NCBI GenBank assembly: GCA_965649225.1
Contig: CBFGJX010000002.1
Coordinates: 18,625 to 82,624, forward strand
Length of the DNA stretch: 64,000 bases
Source: a candidate division WOR-3 bacterium
Lineage (GTDB): Bacteria > Hydrothermota > Tepidihabitantia > Tepidihabitantales > Tepidihabitantaceae
Reading direction: 5' to 3'
Below are positions 46,999 to 56,969 of this stretch, in pieces; position 1 is the first letter of the stretch; each line of letters begins with the position of its first letter. The notes beneath the pieces were generated by a model that saw only the letters and a program-made list of their open reading frames with translations, made no database searches and was not told the origin of the DNA. The translations under genes and the position numbers were made by a program.

Positions 46999-48398
46999 CT
47001 GCAATCACCCATGTTGCGAACAAGGAGGTCCTGACGCCTCACCCCTCCGGTTAGGACAAGGACGGTGACGTAAACCAGCAGTCCAACTGATACCTGCAGA
47101 AAGCGCTGGTGCCTGAACAGCAGGACGACGGCTACCATCAGCAAGGCCGCAACGAACGGGGCCGCCAGCCGGCGCTCAAATCGCACGGCGAAAGCACGCC
47201 AGCAGGACCTAATCATCAGGGCAACCATCAGCGCTTCGCCGGCAAGCAGCGCCAGCGCGGCCCCGACTACGCCGAACACTGCTGCCAGCACGACGGCTGC
47301 TGTGACTGATGCGGCTGCGCCAATTACGACGTTCTGAAGAAAGACACGCTCGCGTCCGTCGGCCATCAAGGCATAGCCGTAGACACTGTTGACGACCGTT
47401 AGCGGCAGGAAAGCGCTGAGCAAGGCCAGACTCTGCGCTGAGGCGAGGTAGCGTGCTCCAAGTATCTGAGTCACGACCCAGGGAGCCAGCGCAGTCAAAA
47501 GGACAGAAAACGGCAGTGTTACTGCAAGCGCCAGACGCGTTGCCAGGCTGATGATACTGACGACACGTTCACGGCTGGCCGAAACGGCTCGGGCAATTAC
47601 CGGAAAGTATACCGAATAGAAGACGCGGTCGATCGCCAGCAAGACCAATGCAATCCGGGCAGCGCCGGAGTAGACGCCAGTCTCGTAGTCACCGCGCAGC
47701 AGTCCAAGCGCAACTGGACCGCAGTTCATATGCAATTGGGCAGCGAATCCCGCCAGACCGATCGGCCAACTGGCGGTTAATATCGGGCGCCAACCCCTCA
47801 GTGTCGGGTGCAGCGGCTTGGCCTGACGAAAGGTTGCGCTCAGCCACAGAATCAGGCTGCCGGCGAGCATTGCCAGGACCAGGGCGACAGGGACAACGAG
47901 AACATCTGCCGGGCCCCGGACAAATAACCAGCAACCCGCGAGGTAGCCGACAGCAGTGACTGTCCGGGCCAGTGCTACGATCAGAGTCTGCTCGAGTCCC
48001 AAAAAGAACCATTCAAGGCTGAGTGTCTGAACAACCACAGCCAGTGCGTAGACCGCTACCAGCAGCCTGGCCGTCGGTGTTTTCGGCAGCAGCAACGCGG
48101 CAACAAGCGTGAGCAGCGCGGCGACCGCCCCGGCTGCCAGACGGGTACCGAAAACCGACCCGGCCGGTACGACTGGGTCAGAGCGATGCTGAGCCGTCAA
48201 CCGCGTACCGGTAGTCACAAGGCCGAAATCACTCAACGCAACGCCGTAGGCCATGACTGCGGTTGCAAACCCCAGCTGACCAAATGTGTCGATTCCGAGC
48301 CGACGCGCCAGCAGGACCGTCGCGAAGAAATTCAGCAGCCGTGTGGCGGCCTCGCCTCCAATCAGGTTCAGCGCATTGCGCAGTTGGGGTCTCAGCAC
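46995..48398 (-). CDS. Wzx-type oligosaccharide flippase
   Basis: Polytopic membrane protein, LARRLG...FG...FA, DFGL, WFFLGLE, GVYSGA.R. Confidence 0.88.
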   Translation of the reverse strand: MLRPQLRNALNLIGGEAATRLLNFFATVLLARRLGIDTFGQLGFATAVMAYGVALSDFGLVTTGTRLTAQHRSDPVVPAGSVFGTRLAAGAVAALLTLVAALLLPKTPTARLLVAVYALAVVVQTLSLEWFFLGLEQTLIVALARTVTAVGYLAGCWLFVRGPADVLVVPVALVLAMLAGSLILWLSATFRQAKPLHPTLRGWRPILTASWPIGLAGFAAQLHMNCGPVALGLLRGDYETGVYSGAARIALVLLAIDRVFYSVYFPVIARAVSASRERVVSIISLATRLALAVTLPFSVLLTALAPWVVTQILGARYLASAQSLALLSAFLPLTVVNSVYGYALMADGRERVFLQNVVIGAAASVTAAVVLAAVFGVVGAALALLAGEALMVALMIRSCWRAFAVRFERRLAAPFVAALLMVAVVLLFRHQRFLQVSVGLLVYVTVLVLTGGVRRQDLLVRNMGDCR

Positions 48399-49522
48399 GA
48401 TAGCCGTGAGTAAATTGCCAGGAGGCGGCCTTCAGCCACAGACCAATTGTATTTCTGGCGAACCGCTGCCTGCCCGCGGCGCCCCATCTCTGTGGCAACC
48501 TGCCGGTTCTTCAACAGTTCCCTGATCGCATCGGCAACGGCAGCAGGGTCCTGTTCGCCAACTACCAGACCGCACTTCTCCTCCTGCACGATTGGTGCGA
48601 TTTCGGGCAGGTCACTGGCAATGACCGCCAGTCCGCTGGCCATGAACTCAAACAGCTTGTTCGGTTGCCCAGTGCGGTCGTTTTCGCGGACCGGACTCAA
48701 AAGCACGAAACCGGCGATGCAGTTGCTCAACTCTTGAAACATTGCGCGGTAATCGCACGTGCCGAGAAAAACAACCGACTCGACAAGCCCGAGAGTTACA
48801 AGCAGGTGGTTGACTTCGGCTGCAATGTTATCAACTGGGTCGTAGGCGCCGATGACTTTGAGGCGAAACTCCGAAAACTCCCGCCTTACGATTGCCGCGG
48901 CTTCGAGAATCTTGAGGAACCCACGGTGTCGCGTTATCGGTCCGGTGTAGACAAAACTTGACCTGATTGCGACGGGTTCTGCAACCGGCAGGTCCAGCGG
49001 GGGGAAATTCCCGACAATTTCAACTGGCCGGCGACACACGCGGAACCGACGGGCGCGGGTGTGGTTGGTTTCAATTATCGCATCGGCAACCCGGCCGGCC
49101 AGGTGCTCGAGTGCCGTCACGAGTCCGGCAGTTATCCACGCCACAAAGCGGTTCAGGTCCTGGCGGTCACGGTAGTAAACCGGAAAATTTTCCACTGACT
49201 CGTAAATCAATCTGGTGCAGCCCCCGCTGAACCTGAGTAACAACCCCGCGATCAGTGCCCACGGATCGCAACAATGGCAGACATCGAACGACCCCCGTCT
49301 GACAATGCCGACAATCTCACCGATGGCTGCGAATTTACCCAGAAAGCGCCGCTGTCGGCGGAGTTGTTGCAGCCGCACTCCGGGCGGAGCCTGAACCATC
49401 GCTCCGGCAGGCAATCCCAGCAGTAGGACCTCGTGACCTGCCCGGGCAAGCGAAGCTGCCTCACGATGGAGGAAACGGCTGTAATCGACGGATTGTGAGG
49501 TAGTTGCGAGGCAGATTTTCAT
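48392..49522 (-). CDS. Glycosyltransferase family 4
   Basis: SR..HREA.SL, HCCD, PNKLFEFMASGL.VIASD, YNW. Confidence 0.9.
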   Translation of the reverse strand: MKICLATTSQSVDYSRFLHREAASLARAGHEVLLLGLPAGAMVQAPPGVRLQQLRRQRRFLGKFAAIGEIVGIVRRGSFDVCHCCDPWALIAGLLLRFSGGCTRLIYESVENFPVYYRDRQDLNRFVAWITAGLVTALEHLAGRVADAIIETNHTRARRFRVCRRPVEIVGNFPPLDLPVAEPVAIRSSFVYTGPITRHRGFLKILEAAAIVRREFSEFRLKVIGAYDPVDNIAAEVNHLLVTLGLVESVVFLGTCDYRAMFQELSNCIAGFVLLSPVRENDRTGQPNKLFEFMASGLAVIASDLPEIAPIVQEEKCGLVVGEQDPAAVADAIRELLKNRQVATEMGRRGQAAVRQKYNWSVAEGRLLAIYSRLSC

Positions 49523-50505
49523 CAGGGCTGTTGAGATTCGCCATCGGCTGGCTTGGAGTCAACAGCACTATCTGATGTCTTCTCCGACTCTGCTTCGCCG
49601 GTTCTCGGTTTCAGTTCCCCGACAGCCCGCAGGCACTCTCGAGCGGTATTGTAGTGAATCTCGGCTGTGTCCTTCGTATCCAACGCGTAACCGCCAGCCG
49701 TAACGACTGCAACCGGTATTCCACGCCGATGGCAGCCTTCGAGTACGATTCGGTCCCTGAGTGCCAAGCCTCGTTTTGTCAGCCGCAACGAGCCCAACTG
49801 GTCATATTTGAACGGGTCAGCCCCCGCCACATAGACGACCAGCTCGGGCTTGTGGCGTTCGAGTATAGTCGGAACCGCCTTCTGCATATGTTCGATATAG
49901 ACGTCGTCGCCGGTTTCGTCATCAAGGCCAATGTCCCAGTCCGACTGCTCTTTCATCGGGTACAGATGCTCCTGGTGTATTGAGAAAGTGAACACATCGG
50001 GGTCGCCGGCAAATATGCGGGCAGTTCCGTTACCCTGGTGAAGGTCGCAATCAATGACCGCCGCCCGAACGATGCGGCCGTCCTTTTGCATTCGCCGGAT
50101 ACCGACGGCGATGTCATTAATGTAACAAAAACCCTCGCCGTGATCAGCGAAAGCATGGTGAAAGCCGCCGCCAATGTGCATGCAAACGCCGTCTTCGAGC
50201 GCTCTGCCGCACGCGAGCACCGTACCGGATGCAAAAAGCATGAAGCCGCTGATTATCTCCCACGTCAACGGCAGCTCAGACCGAACGGTGCGCTGGCTCC
50301 AGCGGAGATTGAGCATGTCATCAACGTACTCTTTGGTATGAACGAGACGGATATCGTCCAGCTGCGGCTCAGGCGGCTCGAGCAGCTGTTCCTCGGTCAC
50401 CTGTCCTTCGGCAATCAGACGGTCCACGATCATCCCGTATTTCTCGGTCGGGAACACGTGGGCACCGATATTCAGGCGGTAACGTTTCGAATAGACAAAC
50501 TTCAT
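49522..50505 (-). CDS. Histone deacetylase family (Zn-dependent) amidohydrolase
   Basis: HVFPTEKY, GGGFHHA, GFCYIND, DCDLHQGNG, AGADP...DQLG, GGY. Confidence 0.92.
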   Translation of the reverse strand: MKFVYSKRYRLNIGAHVFPTEKYGMIVDRLIAEGQVTEEQLLEPPEPQLDDIRLVHTKEYVDDMLNLRWSQRTVRSELPLTWEIISGFMLFASGTVLACGRALEDGVCMHIGGGFHHAFADHGEGFCYINDIAVGIRRMQKDGRIVRAAVIDCDLHQGNGTARIFAGDPDVFTFSIHQEHLYPMKEQSDWDIGLDDETGDDVYIEHMQKAVPTILERHKPELVVYVAGADPFKYDQLGSLRLTKRGLALRDRIVLEGCHRRGIPVAVVTAGGYALDTKDTAEIHYNTARECLRAVGELKPRTGEAESEKTSDSAVDSKPADGESQQP

Positions 50506-50663
50506 TTGGCACACCTTTCCTGAACAGGCAAACGTAAGAACAAACCTGTCCCAGCTGAACAGGTCGCCCGATTATAGGTAGCAACTGGAGGGTGTCAAAC
50601 GACTAAGACTGGACATCGCCAGTCGGATTGACGCCCGGACGGAACGTCATATACTCCAGACAG

Positions 50664-52223
50664 TTGAAACCCCTTCCTGACTCCGACGAAATGCGGGCGA
50701 TTGACCGCCAGGCGCCTGCTCTCGGGATCCCCGGCGCCCAGCTGATGGAAAACGCCGGCAGTGCCGTTGCCCGGGTTGTGCTTGCCGAAAACTTGGTTCA
50801 TCGAGCTGGTAAAGTACTTGTATGCTGTGGGAAGGGCAATAACGGTGGCGACGGTTTCGTAGCTGCCCGCAAACTCAAAGCGGAGGGTGTTTCGGTCGTT
50901 TGCCTGCTCGCCGGCAAGGTCAAAGACATGAAAGGCGACGCCGCCGCAGCGGCTGCGGCCTGGCAGGCAGCCGGCGGCAAGACGATCGAGCTTGACGACG
51001 ATAAAGGAGCCGAGCGATTGCTGAGCGACAGCGCACTGATAGTCGATGCCTTGCTTGGCACCGGTATCTCCGGACCACCGGCTGGAGCTACCGGTCTGTT
51101 GATACGGGCGATCATGGCCTCCGGTCGTCCGGTAGTCAGTGTTGATGTGCCGTCCGGCATTGACGCAACCACCGGCCAGGTCTATCAACCGGCGATTGAG
51201 GCAAAGCTGACAGTAACCATGGGTGCGGAGAAGGCCGGACTGCGTCTTTACCCGGCGCGAAACCATGTCGGCCGGGTTGTTGTCGCCGACATCGGGTTTC
51301 CGACCGAGTTGATAGAAAGAAACACCACTAGTTTTCTCGTTGAGGTTACCGATGTCAGTAACTGGTTACCAAGACGTAGAGCTGACAGCCACAAAGGAAG
51401 TTACGGCACAGTTCTGGTTGTTGCCGGTTCTCGGGGACTGACTGGTGCTGCCATACTTTGTACGGCTGCTGCAGTTCGTTCCGGCGCGGGCCTGGTCCGG
51501 CTGGCTGCGCCTTCCTCACTAATGCCCGTACTCGAGGCCGCCCAGCTTGAGTCGGTGAAGCATTCCTTGCCCGACGATGGTCGCGGTATTCTGACACCGG
51601 CGGCTGTTGAGCCGGTTATTGCCTTGACCGCAACCGTTCAATGTCTTGCCGTAGGGCCTGGTATCGGCACCGCTGAGGAAACGGTCGAATTCGTGTCCAC
51701 GCTGCTGGCCAAAGCTCCTGTTCCGGTAGTAATCGACGCTGATGCCATCAATTGTCTTGCGCTGCGCGGCGGCCAAATCGCTGCCCGACCCGAGCGGCTG
51801 GTGTTGACCCCACATCCCGGTGAGTTCGCCCGTCTGACGGGAACTACTGCCAGGAGCGTGAACGCCGACCGGGTTCGAAATGCCCGCAGCTATGCGCGGG
51901 CGCACAATTGCGTATTGCTGCTGAAGGGCGCGCCAACAGTCACCGCCTGTCCCGATGGTGTTGTCTTTGTCAATTCAACCGGCAACAGCGGCCTCGCCAG
52001 TGGTGGAACCGGCGACGTTCTGACCGGCCTGCTCGCCGGGCTGATTGCTCAGGGAGCAGAGCCAGCCCGGGCAGCGGCGATGGCCGCGTTCCTGCACGGT
52101 CGTGCTGCTGATCTCTCTGTCAGGCGCGAAAGCGAGTACTCGCTCTGCGCTTCTGATGTGCTCAGGTCGCTGGGCGCGGCCTTTATGTCCGTGGTTGGAC
52201 CCAAACCACCCGTCGGCGAATGA
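50664..52223 (+). CDS. nnr: Bifunctional NAD(P)H-hydrate epimerase/dehydratase
   Basis: LMENAG, GKGNNGGDG, DALLGTG, DVPSG, HKG.YG, GPG, DADA, TPHPGE, GGTGDVL. TTG start 8 nt after TATACT. Confidence 0.95.
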   Translation: MKPLPDSDEMRAIDRQAPALGIPGAQLMENAGSAVARVVLAENLVHRAGKVLVCCGKGNNGGDGFVAARKLKAEGVSVVCLLAGKVKDMKGDAAAAAAAWQAAGGKTIELDDDKGAERLLSDSALIVDALLGTGISGPPAGATGLLIRAIMASGRPVVSVDVPSGIDATTGQVYQPAIEAKLTVTMGAEKAGLRLYPARNHVGRVVVADIGFPTELIERNTTSFLVEVTDVSNWLPRRRADSHKGSYGTVLVVAGSRGLTGAAILCTAAAVRSGAGLVRLAAPSSLMPVLEAAQLESVKHSLPDDGRGILTPAAVEPVIALTATVQCLAVGPGIGTAEETVEFVSTLLAKAPVPVVIDADAINCLALRGGQIAARPERLVLTPHPGEFARLTGTTARSVNADRVRNARSYARAHNCVLLLKGAPTVTACPDGVVFVNSTGNSGLASGGTGDVLTGLLAGLIAQGAEPARAAAMAAFLHGRAADLSVRRESEYSLCASDVLRSLGAAFMSVVGPKPPVGE

Positions 52224-53620
52224 CACTTTCTCTGCTGTCGATAATCGTCACACTCTACCGCCCGGAACTCTGGCAGTACTACCCGTCAATGAAGGAAATC
52301 CGGTCGATTGCTGTGTCCAGCAACGAAGTGTATGTCGCTGTCCCGGACGGAGTCTATGTTCTCGACAGCCGGTCGCTGCGTTATGCCCGCTGCCTCACCG
52401 CCGCAGATGGGCTGGGCGAGGAAGTACGTTTTTGTGCTTGGAGCCCGGTGCGGTCCGAGCTGCTGACGGTTACTTCTTCAAATCTCTATAGCTATCTGCC
52501 CCAGACCGGTCTCCTACGACAGCTAAGGTCACCGCCGGGATTGATTACCGCCATCGGCACCTCCCGTTCTGGAGTCTGGTTGGTTACCGAACGCGGGACA
52601 TATCTCAAGCACGCCACCCTGGACGAATACACTCAGGTTGATTCTGCTCCAGCCGGCCTCGAGTGGCAGGGAGCGATGGACCGCAACAGCGCCAGAGACT
52701 ATAACTTTCTCAGTCCTTACTTTTTCACCGATGAACAGCTTATCCATCGGTCATTCGGTCCGGTTCGCAAGGACCAGCGCCGCGGCTGGCTTTATGTAGC
52801 AATAAACGGCTATGGTCTGGGCCGATACGACCTGCGCTCCGGCCTGCTGGAAACGACGGTCAGACTGGGGCCGGTCGGACCGGTCACACGGATATTGCGG
52901 GTAGACAATTCGCTCTGGCTTATCGGTCCGGGTCGGGTTACCGTCGTCGACTCAAGCGATCAGTGGCTCACGTTGCTGCTCGCCCGTGGTCTGCCAATGC
53001 CATTGCGCTCCGGGAAGGCAATACTGGAGTTGGCAGGTTCGCTCAGCGGCATCAATGATTTCGTCAGTGACTCTGGACGGGTCATCTTTGCTACTCAACG
53101 TGGGCTTCATTCTGTTGCCAGCGGAAGTTTGCCTTCCACTTCACTTGAGACAGGACGCCCGGTGCTGAGCCTCCTCCGAACTGGCGACAGCCTGTTCGTC
53201 GGTACCGACCAAGGGCTCTATCTCCTGCAAGGCGACTCGCTGTCGCAAATTAGTGACCCCACCGGCCGGGCAGACTGGGGAGTTTACAGTATGCTCCGCA
53301 GCGCCGACGGGACAACCTGGTTTGCGACTCTGGGCGGCCTTGTCCGCCGTCTGAACAACGGTGCTTGGGAACGGCTTGCTCCTCCCGGCATCAACCCTTC
53401 CGCCCCGGTAACCACGGCGGCGGCAGCGGATACGCGGCTCTTTTTTGGCTACGACGGTGGCATCGGAGTTTACAACACCGACGTCGGCAACTGGGACTGG
53501 TGGGACAAAACCGATGGCGTGCCTTCCGGACCGATATCGGCGCTGTTCGCCGAGAACGGGAAATTGTGGATTGCCACCCTCGGCATCGTCGCTGTTTACC
53601 GCTACGAGAGCCTCCGCTGA
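52220..53620 (+). CDS. Secreted beta-propeller protein (Reg_prop/PorZ-like blades)
   Basis: Repeated W.AT..GL blades, LTAADGL, DGVPSGPI. Confidence 0.7.
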   Translation: MTLSLLSIIVTLYRPELWQYYPSMKEIRSIAVSSNEVYVAVPDGVYVLDSRSLRYARCLTAADGLGEEVRFCAWSPVRSELLTVTSSNLYSYLPQTGLLRQLRSPPGLITAIGTSRSGVWLVTERGTYLKHATLDEYTQVDSAPAGLEWQGAMDRNSARDYNFLSPYFFTDEQLIHRSFGPVRKDQRRGWLYVAINGYGLGRYDLRSGLLETTVRLGPVGPVTRILRVDNSLWLIGPGRVTVVDSSDQWLTLLLARGLPMPLRSGKAILELAGSLSGINDFVSDSGRVIFATQRGLHSVASGSLPSTSLETGRPVLSLLRTGDSLFVGTDQGLYLLQGDSLSQISDPTGRADWGVYSMLRSADGTTWFATLGGLVRRLNNGAWERLAPPGINPSAPVTTAAAADTRLFFGYDGGIGVYNTDVGNWDWWDKTDGVPSGPISALFAENGKLWIATLGIVAVYRYESLR

Positions 53621-53642
53621 CGTGATCTACCGTAACCCCATT

Positions 53643-56264
53643 ATGTCGCTGTTGCTGATTCTGATTTCCTCCGCCAGCGGCTCGGTCCAAGCCGAACGCC
53701 CCCTGGCCTTTTATCTTGCCCGGCGCGATTACACGCAAGCACTGGCGGTCCTGATGCAGCGTATTTCTGCCGATTCCAGCGACGCCGCAGCGTTTCGCGA
53801 CATTGCCCGAGTCTACGATCGTCAGCGTCTTTTTGACTCAAGCCTGGTCTGGTGGCAGCGTGCGCTCTCGGCAGAAGAACATGACGACTCGGCCGTAGTG
53901 GGTCTGTGGCGAGCGATGCTTAACCATGCCCGGCGCGACAGTACCATCCTTGCGGCAACTCGGGCCAGAATCGAGGCCGACGCCCGTGCCCGTTACGTCG
54001 ATAGCTCGGCTCAAAAGTTGTCAGTAGCCTTTGAAGGTTTCAATATGGCCGGTTCACCGGCGGCCGACACCGCAGCAATGTTGCTAATGATGCGTTTTCC
54101 CGATTCGCCCTACGGCTGCCGGCTGATTGGCGAAGCATTCTATGACTCGTTGTATCCGGTCTGGAACAACGACACAGCCAAAACAACAGTGGTTCGGCGG
54201 TTTCTGGAGCGATACACCAAAACCAGCTGGCGAACTACCTTCTTTCAGTTTCTGCTTTCTGCCCTGACCGGTCTCGGCGACACTACTGCCCTGTTGCAGA
54301 CGATCAATATTTCCGTGCGAAACGACCCCCGCGACCCGCTCCGATGCCGGTACGCGGCTGCGCTGCTCAACCGCCTGCGGCTTCAACCGCCGCTTGCTGA
54401 AAGCCTCGCCCGGGCAGCGATTGTTCTCGAACCATTCGCCGTGCGTCCGGCCAGCATGCCGGCCGAAGTCTGGGAGCTTGAATTTCGACCCCTGCGCTGG
54501 TCGGCACGGGTTGCGCTGGCCGAAGCTCTGCTGAATCAGGGACGCTTACAGGAAGCACGGTCGTGGTTAAGCGAAGCGCTGCAGCAGTTCGTACTGGACC
54601 CTCAGCAAGAGGCGACTCCCGCCCCGATTCACTGCCTGCTCGGCGAAACCGACCTCGCCAGTGGCGACACCACCGCAGCGTTTACACATCTCGCCGTGGC
54701 TCTGGTCTGGGGCGATTCACGCAACTGGTGGACGGCCCGGGCTGAAAGCACCTTACTCAGGGTGTGGCGCCTCTCCCCATCGGAACTGTACGATTCGCTC
54801 CGGCGGCGGCTCAAATATCACGGCCCGGTTTTTACCGATGTCACCGCTGCAGCCGGTCTGGCCGGCTTGAGACTCAGCCGCGTCGCCTGGGGCGACTACG
54901 ACAACGACGGCTTTGATGACCTTCTGCTCAACGGTTGTCAACTCATGCACAATGTCAAGGGCCGCGGTTTCCGCGATATCTCCAATCAGGTCGGACTTGC
55001 CGGCTGGCAGGGAAAGGGTCGGGGTGGAATCTGGGCCGATGTCAACAACGACGGCTGGCTGGACTTCTGGATGGCGGCCGCTGCCGGATACGACCAGCTC
55101 TGGCTTAATCGCCGCGGACACTTCCGGCCGGCCGGACCCGCCAGTTCCGCCCCGGCTGATACTTTTCCGACCGAAGGAGCGGCGTGGGCCGACTTTAACC
55201 TTGACGGCAAGGTTGACCTCTATTGTGCCAATTACGAAGCCGCCCAGGGCGAATACTGCCCGGACCGGCTCTGGCTCAATGTCGGGGCAGGGCATTTCCG
55301 TGACGTTACGGTGCAGTGCGGTATCATCCCGCCATTCGGCGAAAACCGGGCTGGTCGCGGTGTAGCCTGGGGTGATTTTGACGACGATGGTGACCCGGAC
55401 TGCTTTGTGGCCAATTACCGTCTCGGCGAAAACTTTCTCTGGGTCAACTCCGACCGTGACAGCTTCACAAACAGCGCTGCCGAGCTGGGAGTGGCTGGCG
55501 ATGAAACTGATGGCTGGTTCGGTCACACAATCGGTGCGGCATGGGGTGACTTTGATGCCGACGGCGACCTCGACCTTTTCACCGCTGACCTGGCTCACCC
55601 GCGTTACATCCACTTCTCCAACCGGTCCCGGCTGTACGAAAACCTCGGCCCGGATTCGATACCGCGTTTTGTTGACCGCCGCGCAGCCGTTGGGATACGC
55701 TACGAAGAAACCCACTCTGACCCGGCATGGGGCGATGTTGACAATGACGGTGACCTGGACCTTTACATCACCTCAATCTATGAAAACCGCCGGTCCTTTC
55801 TTTACGAGAACCTGCTGTCGAACCGGAACACCGAACCCGGCCGTCCCGAATTCCGCGACGTCGCCGGTCTGGCCGGCGCCCGCGTTTTCAATGGCTGGGG
55901 ATGTGCCTTCAGCGATTACGACAATGACGGTGACCTGGACCTGGTCGTCGGTTCAGGCTCCGGCCTGCGGCTGTTGCGCAATGACACGCCATACAACAAT
56001 CACTGGCTCAAGGTCAAGGTCATCGGCAGACATACCAACCGCGCCGGCATCGGTTGCCGCGTAACCGTGCGTCGGAAAGGGTATCTGCAGATAAGAGAGA
56101 TTGAAGGCGGCAGGGGTACGACCAGCCAGAACTCCCTCACTCAGCATTTCGGACTTGGTTCTGACGCAGACCCGGTCGAGGTCACCGTCCGTTTCAGGAC
56201 TGGTCGCAGCCTTACCCTGCGAAATGTCAAGCCAGACCAGCTGCTGGTTGTTCGGGAACGCTAG
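53643..56264 (+). CDS. TPR + FG-GAP + ASPIC/UnbV (CRTAC1-like) secreted protein
   Basis: Helical N-terminal half, seven WGD(Y/F)DxDGxxD-type repeats, N.AGIG.RV and HFGLG ASPIC/UnbV tail. Confidence 0.88.
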   Translation: MSLLLILISSASGSVQAERPLAFYLARRDYTQALAVLMQRISADSSDAAAFRDIARVYDRQRLFDSSLVWWQRALSAEEHDDSAVVGLWRAMLNHARRDSTILAATRARIEADARARYVDSSAQKLSVAFEGFNMAGSPAADTAAMLLMMRFPDSPYGCRLIGEAFYDSLYPVWNNDTAKTTVVRRFLERYTKTSWRTTFFQFLLSALTGLGDTTALLQTINISVRNDPRDPLRCRYAAALLNRLRLQPPLAESLARAAIVLEPFAVRPASMPAEVWELEFRPLRWSARVALAEALLNQGRLQEARSWLSEALQQFVLDPQQEATPAPIHCLLGETDLASGDTTAAFTHLAVALVWGDSRNWWTARAESTLLRVWRLSPSELYDSLRRRLKYHGPVFTDVTAAAGLAGLRLSRVAWGDYDNDGFDDLLLNGCQLMHNVKGRGFRDISNQVGLAGWQGKGRGGIWADVNNDGWLDFWMAAAAGYDQLWLNRRGHFRPAGPASSAPADTFPTEGAAWADFNLDGKVDLYCANYEAAQGEYCPDRLWLNVGAGHFRDVTVQCGIIPPFGENRAGRGVAWGDFDDDGDPDCFVANYRLGENFLWVNSDRDSFTNSAAELGVAGDETDGWFGHTIGAAWGDFDADGDLDLFTADLAHPRYIHFSNRSRLYENLGPDSIPRFVDRRAAVGIRYEETHSDPAWGDVDNDGDLDLYITSIYENRRSFLYENLLSNRNTEPGRPEFRDVAGLAGARVFNGWGCAFSDYDNDGDLDLVVGSGSGLRLLRNDTPYNNHWLKVKVIGRHTNRAGIGCRVTVRRKGYLQIREIEGGRGTTSQNSLTQHFGLGSDADPVEVTVRFRTGRSLTLRNVKPDQLLVVRER

Positions 56265-56965
56265 CGTGGCCGCAGGCGCGGCAGCAGAAACGGAGTCGTC
56301 GCAAAGTAACGGTCAGCCTCGTCCCTGAGCAGAGTCCGCAGGCCTTTTTCGTCGTGGCGTGCCTGAAGAACAACCAGCGGCAGTCCCAGCGACAAAGCCA
56401 GAACCAGACCGCCCCACGAGTTGAAAGTCAGCGCAATACCGACAAGCTGCAAGAGCGTACCAAGGTCACGCGGGTGACGGCAGACCCGAGCAACGGGCAG
56501 CGCGACATACTTCCTCTCCGGAATAGTGATGTTCCCGCGCCGGTCCGATGGCTTGATCGCCGTGATTCGCAGGACACCGAACAGCGTCGTGAGCCGGAGA
56601 ACGGCGCCGGCAGCGAAAACCACGATACCGAGTCCGCCGCCAATGAAAGCCGGCAGTGGCAACTGAGTTATGTGCCACCAGATGTGGTCACCGGCGCAGA
56701 AAGCTATGAATGGATAGACAAAAACCGCAAACATCACCCGGAGAGGATTTGAGTAGTCGACGAGACCAGACTGAAAGAACGGAGCGGCAAAATAGTACTC
56801 GACTCCCATCCAGAGCACGAGCATCACGGCAAGAACGCTGGGCAGCAGCCTGCCGACCGGCATAGCATCGGCAAGCAGGTTGGTGAAGAAGATGATAAAA
56901 TAGGCCACAACCAGCACCGTCCAAACCAGCCGGCCGAATCTCACCCGAAGCGCGTTACTGTTCAA
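56261..56965 (-). CDS. Isoprenylcysteine/phospholipid methyltransferase-like membrane protein (ICMT/PEMT family)
   Basis: Several TM helices, CRHPRDLG, DEKGL...RY...TP...P (divergent RHPxY/EE motifs). Confidence 0.65.
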   Translation of the reverse strand: MNSNALRVRFGRLVWTVLVVAYFIIFFTNLLADAMPVGRLLPSVLAVMLVLWMGVEYYFAAPFFQSGLVDYSNPLRVMFAVFVYPFIAFCAGDHIWWHITQLPLPAFIGGGLGIVVFAAGAVLRLTTLFGVLRITAIKPSDRRGNITIPERKYVALPVARVCRHPRDLGTLLQLVGIALTFNSWGGLVLALSLGLPLVVLQARHDEKGLRTLLRDEADRYFATTPFLLPRLRPR

Positions 56966-56969
56966 CAGG

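Noticed and set aside
54880-55950. Near-repeats such as GACAATGACGGTGACCTGGACCT as a CRISPR or DNA repeat
   Set aside because: They encode FG-GAP protein repeats in frame, with irregular spacing and no cas genes.
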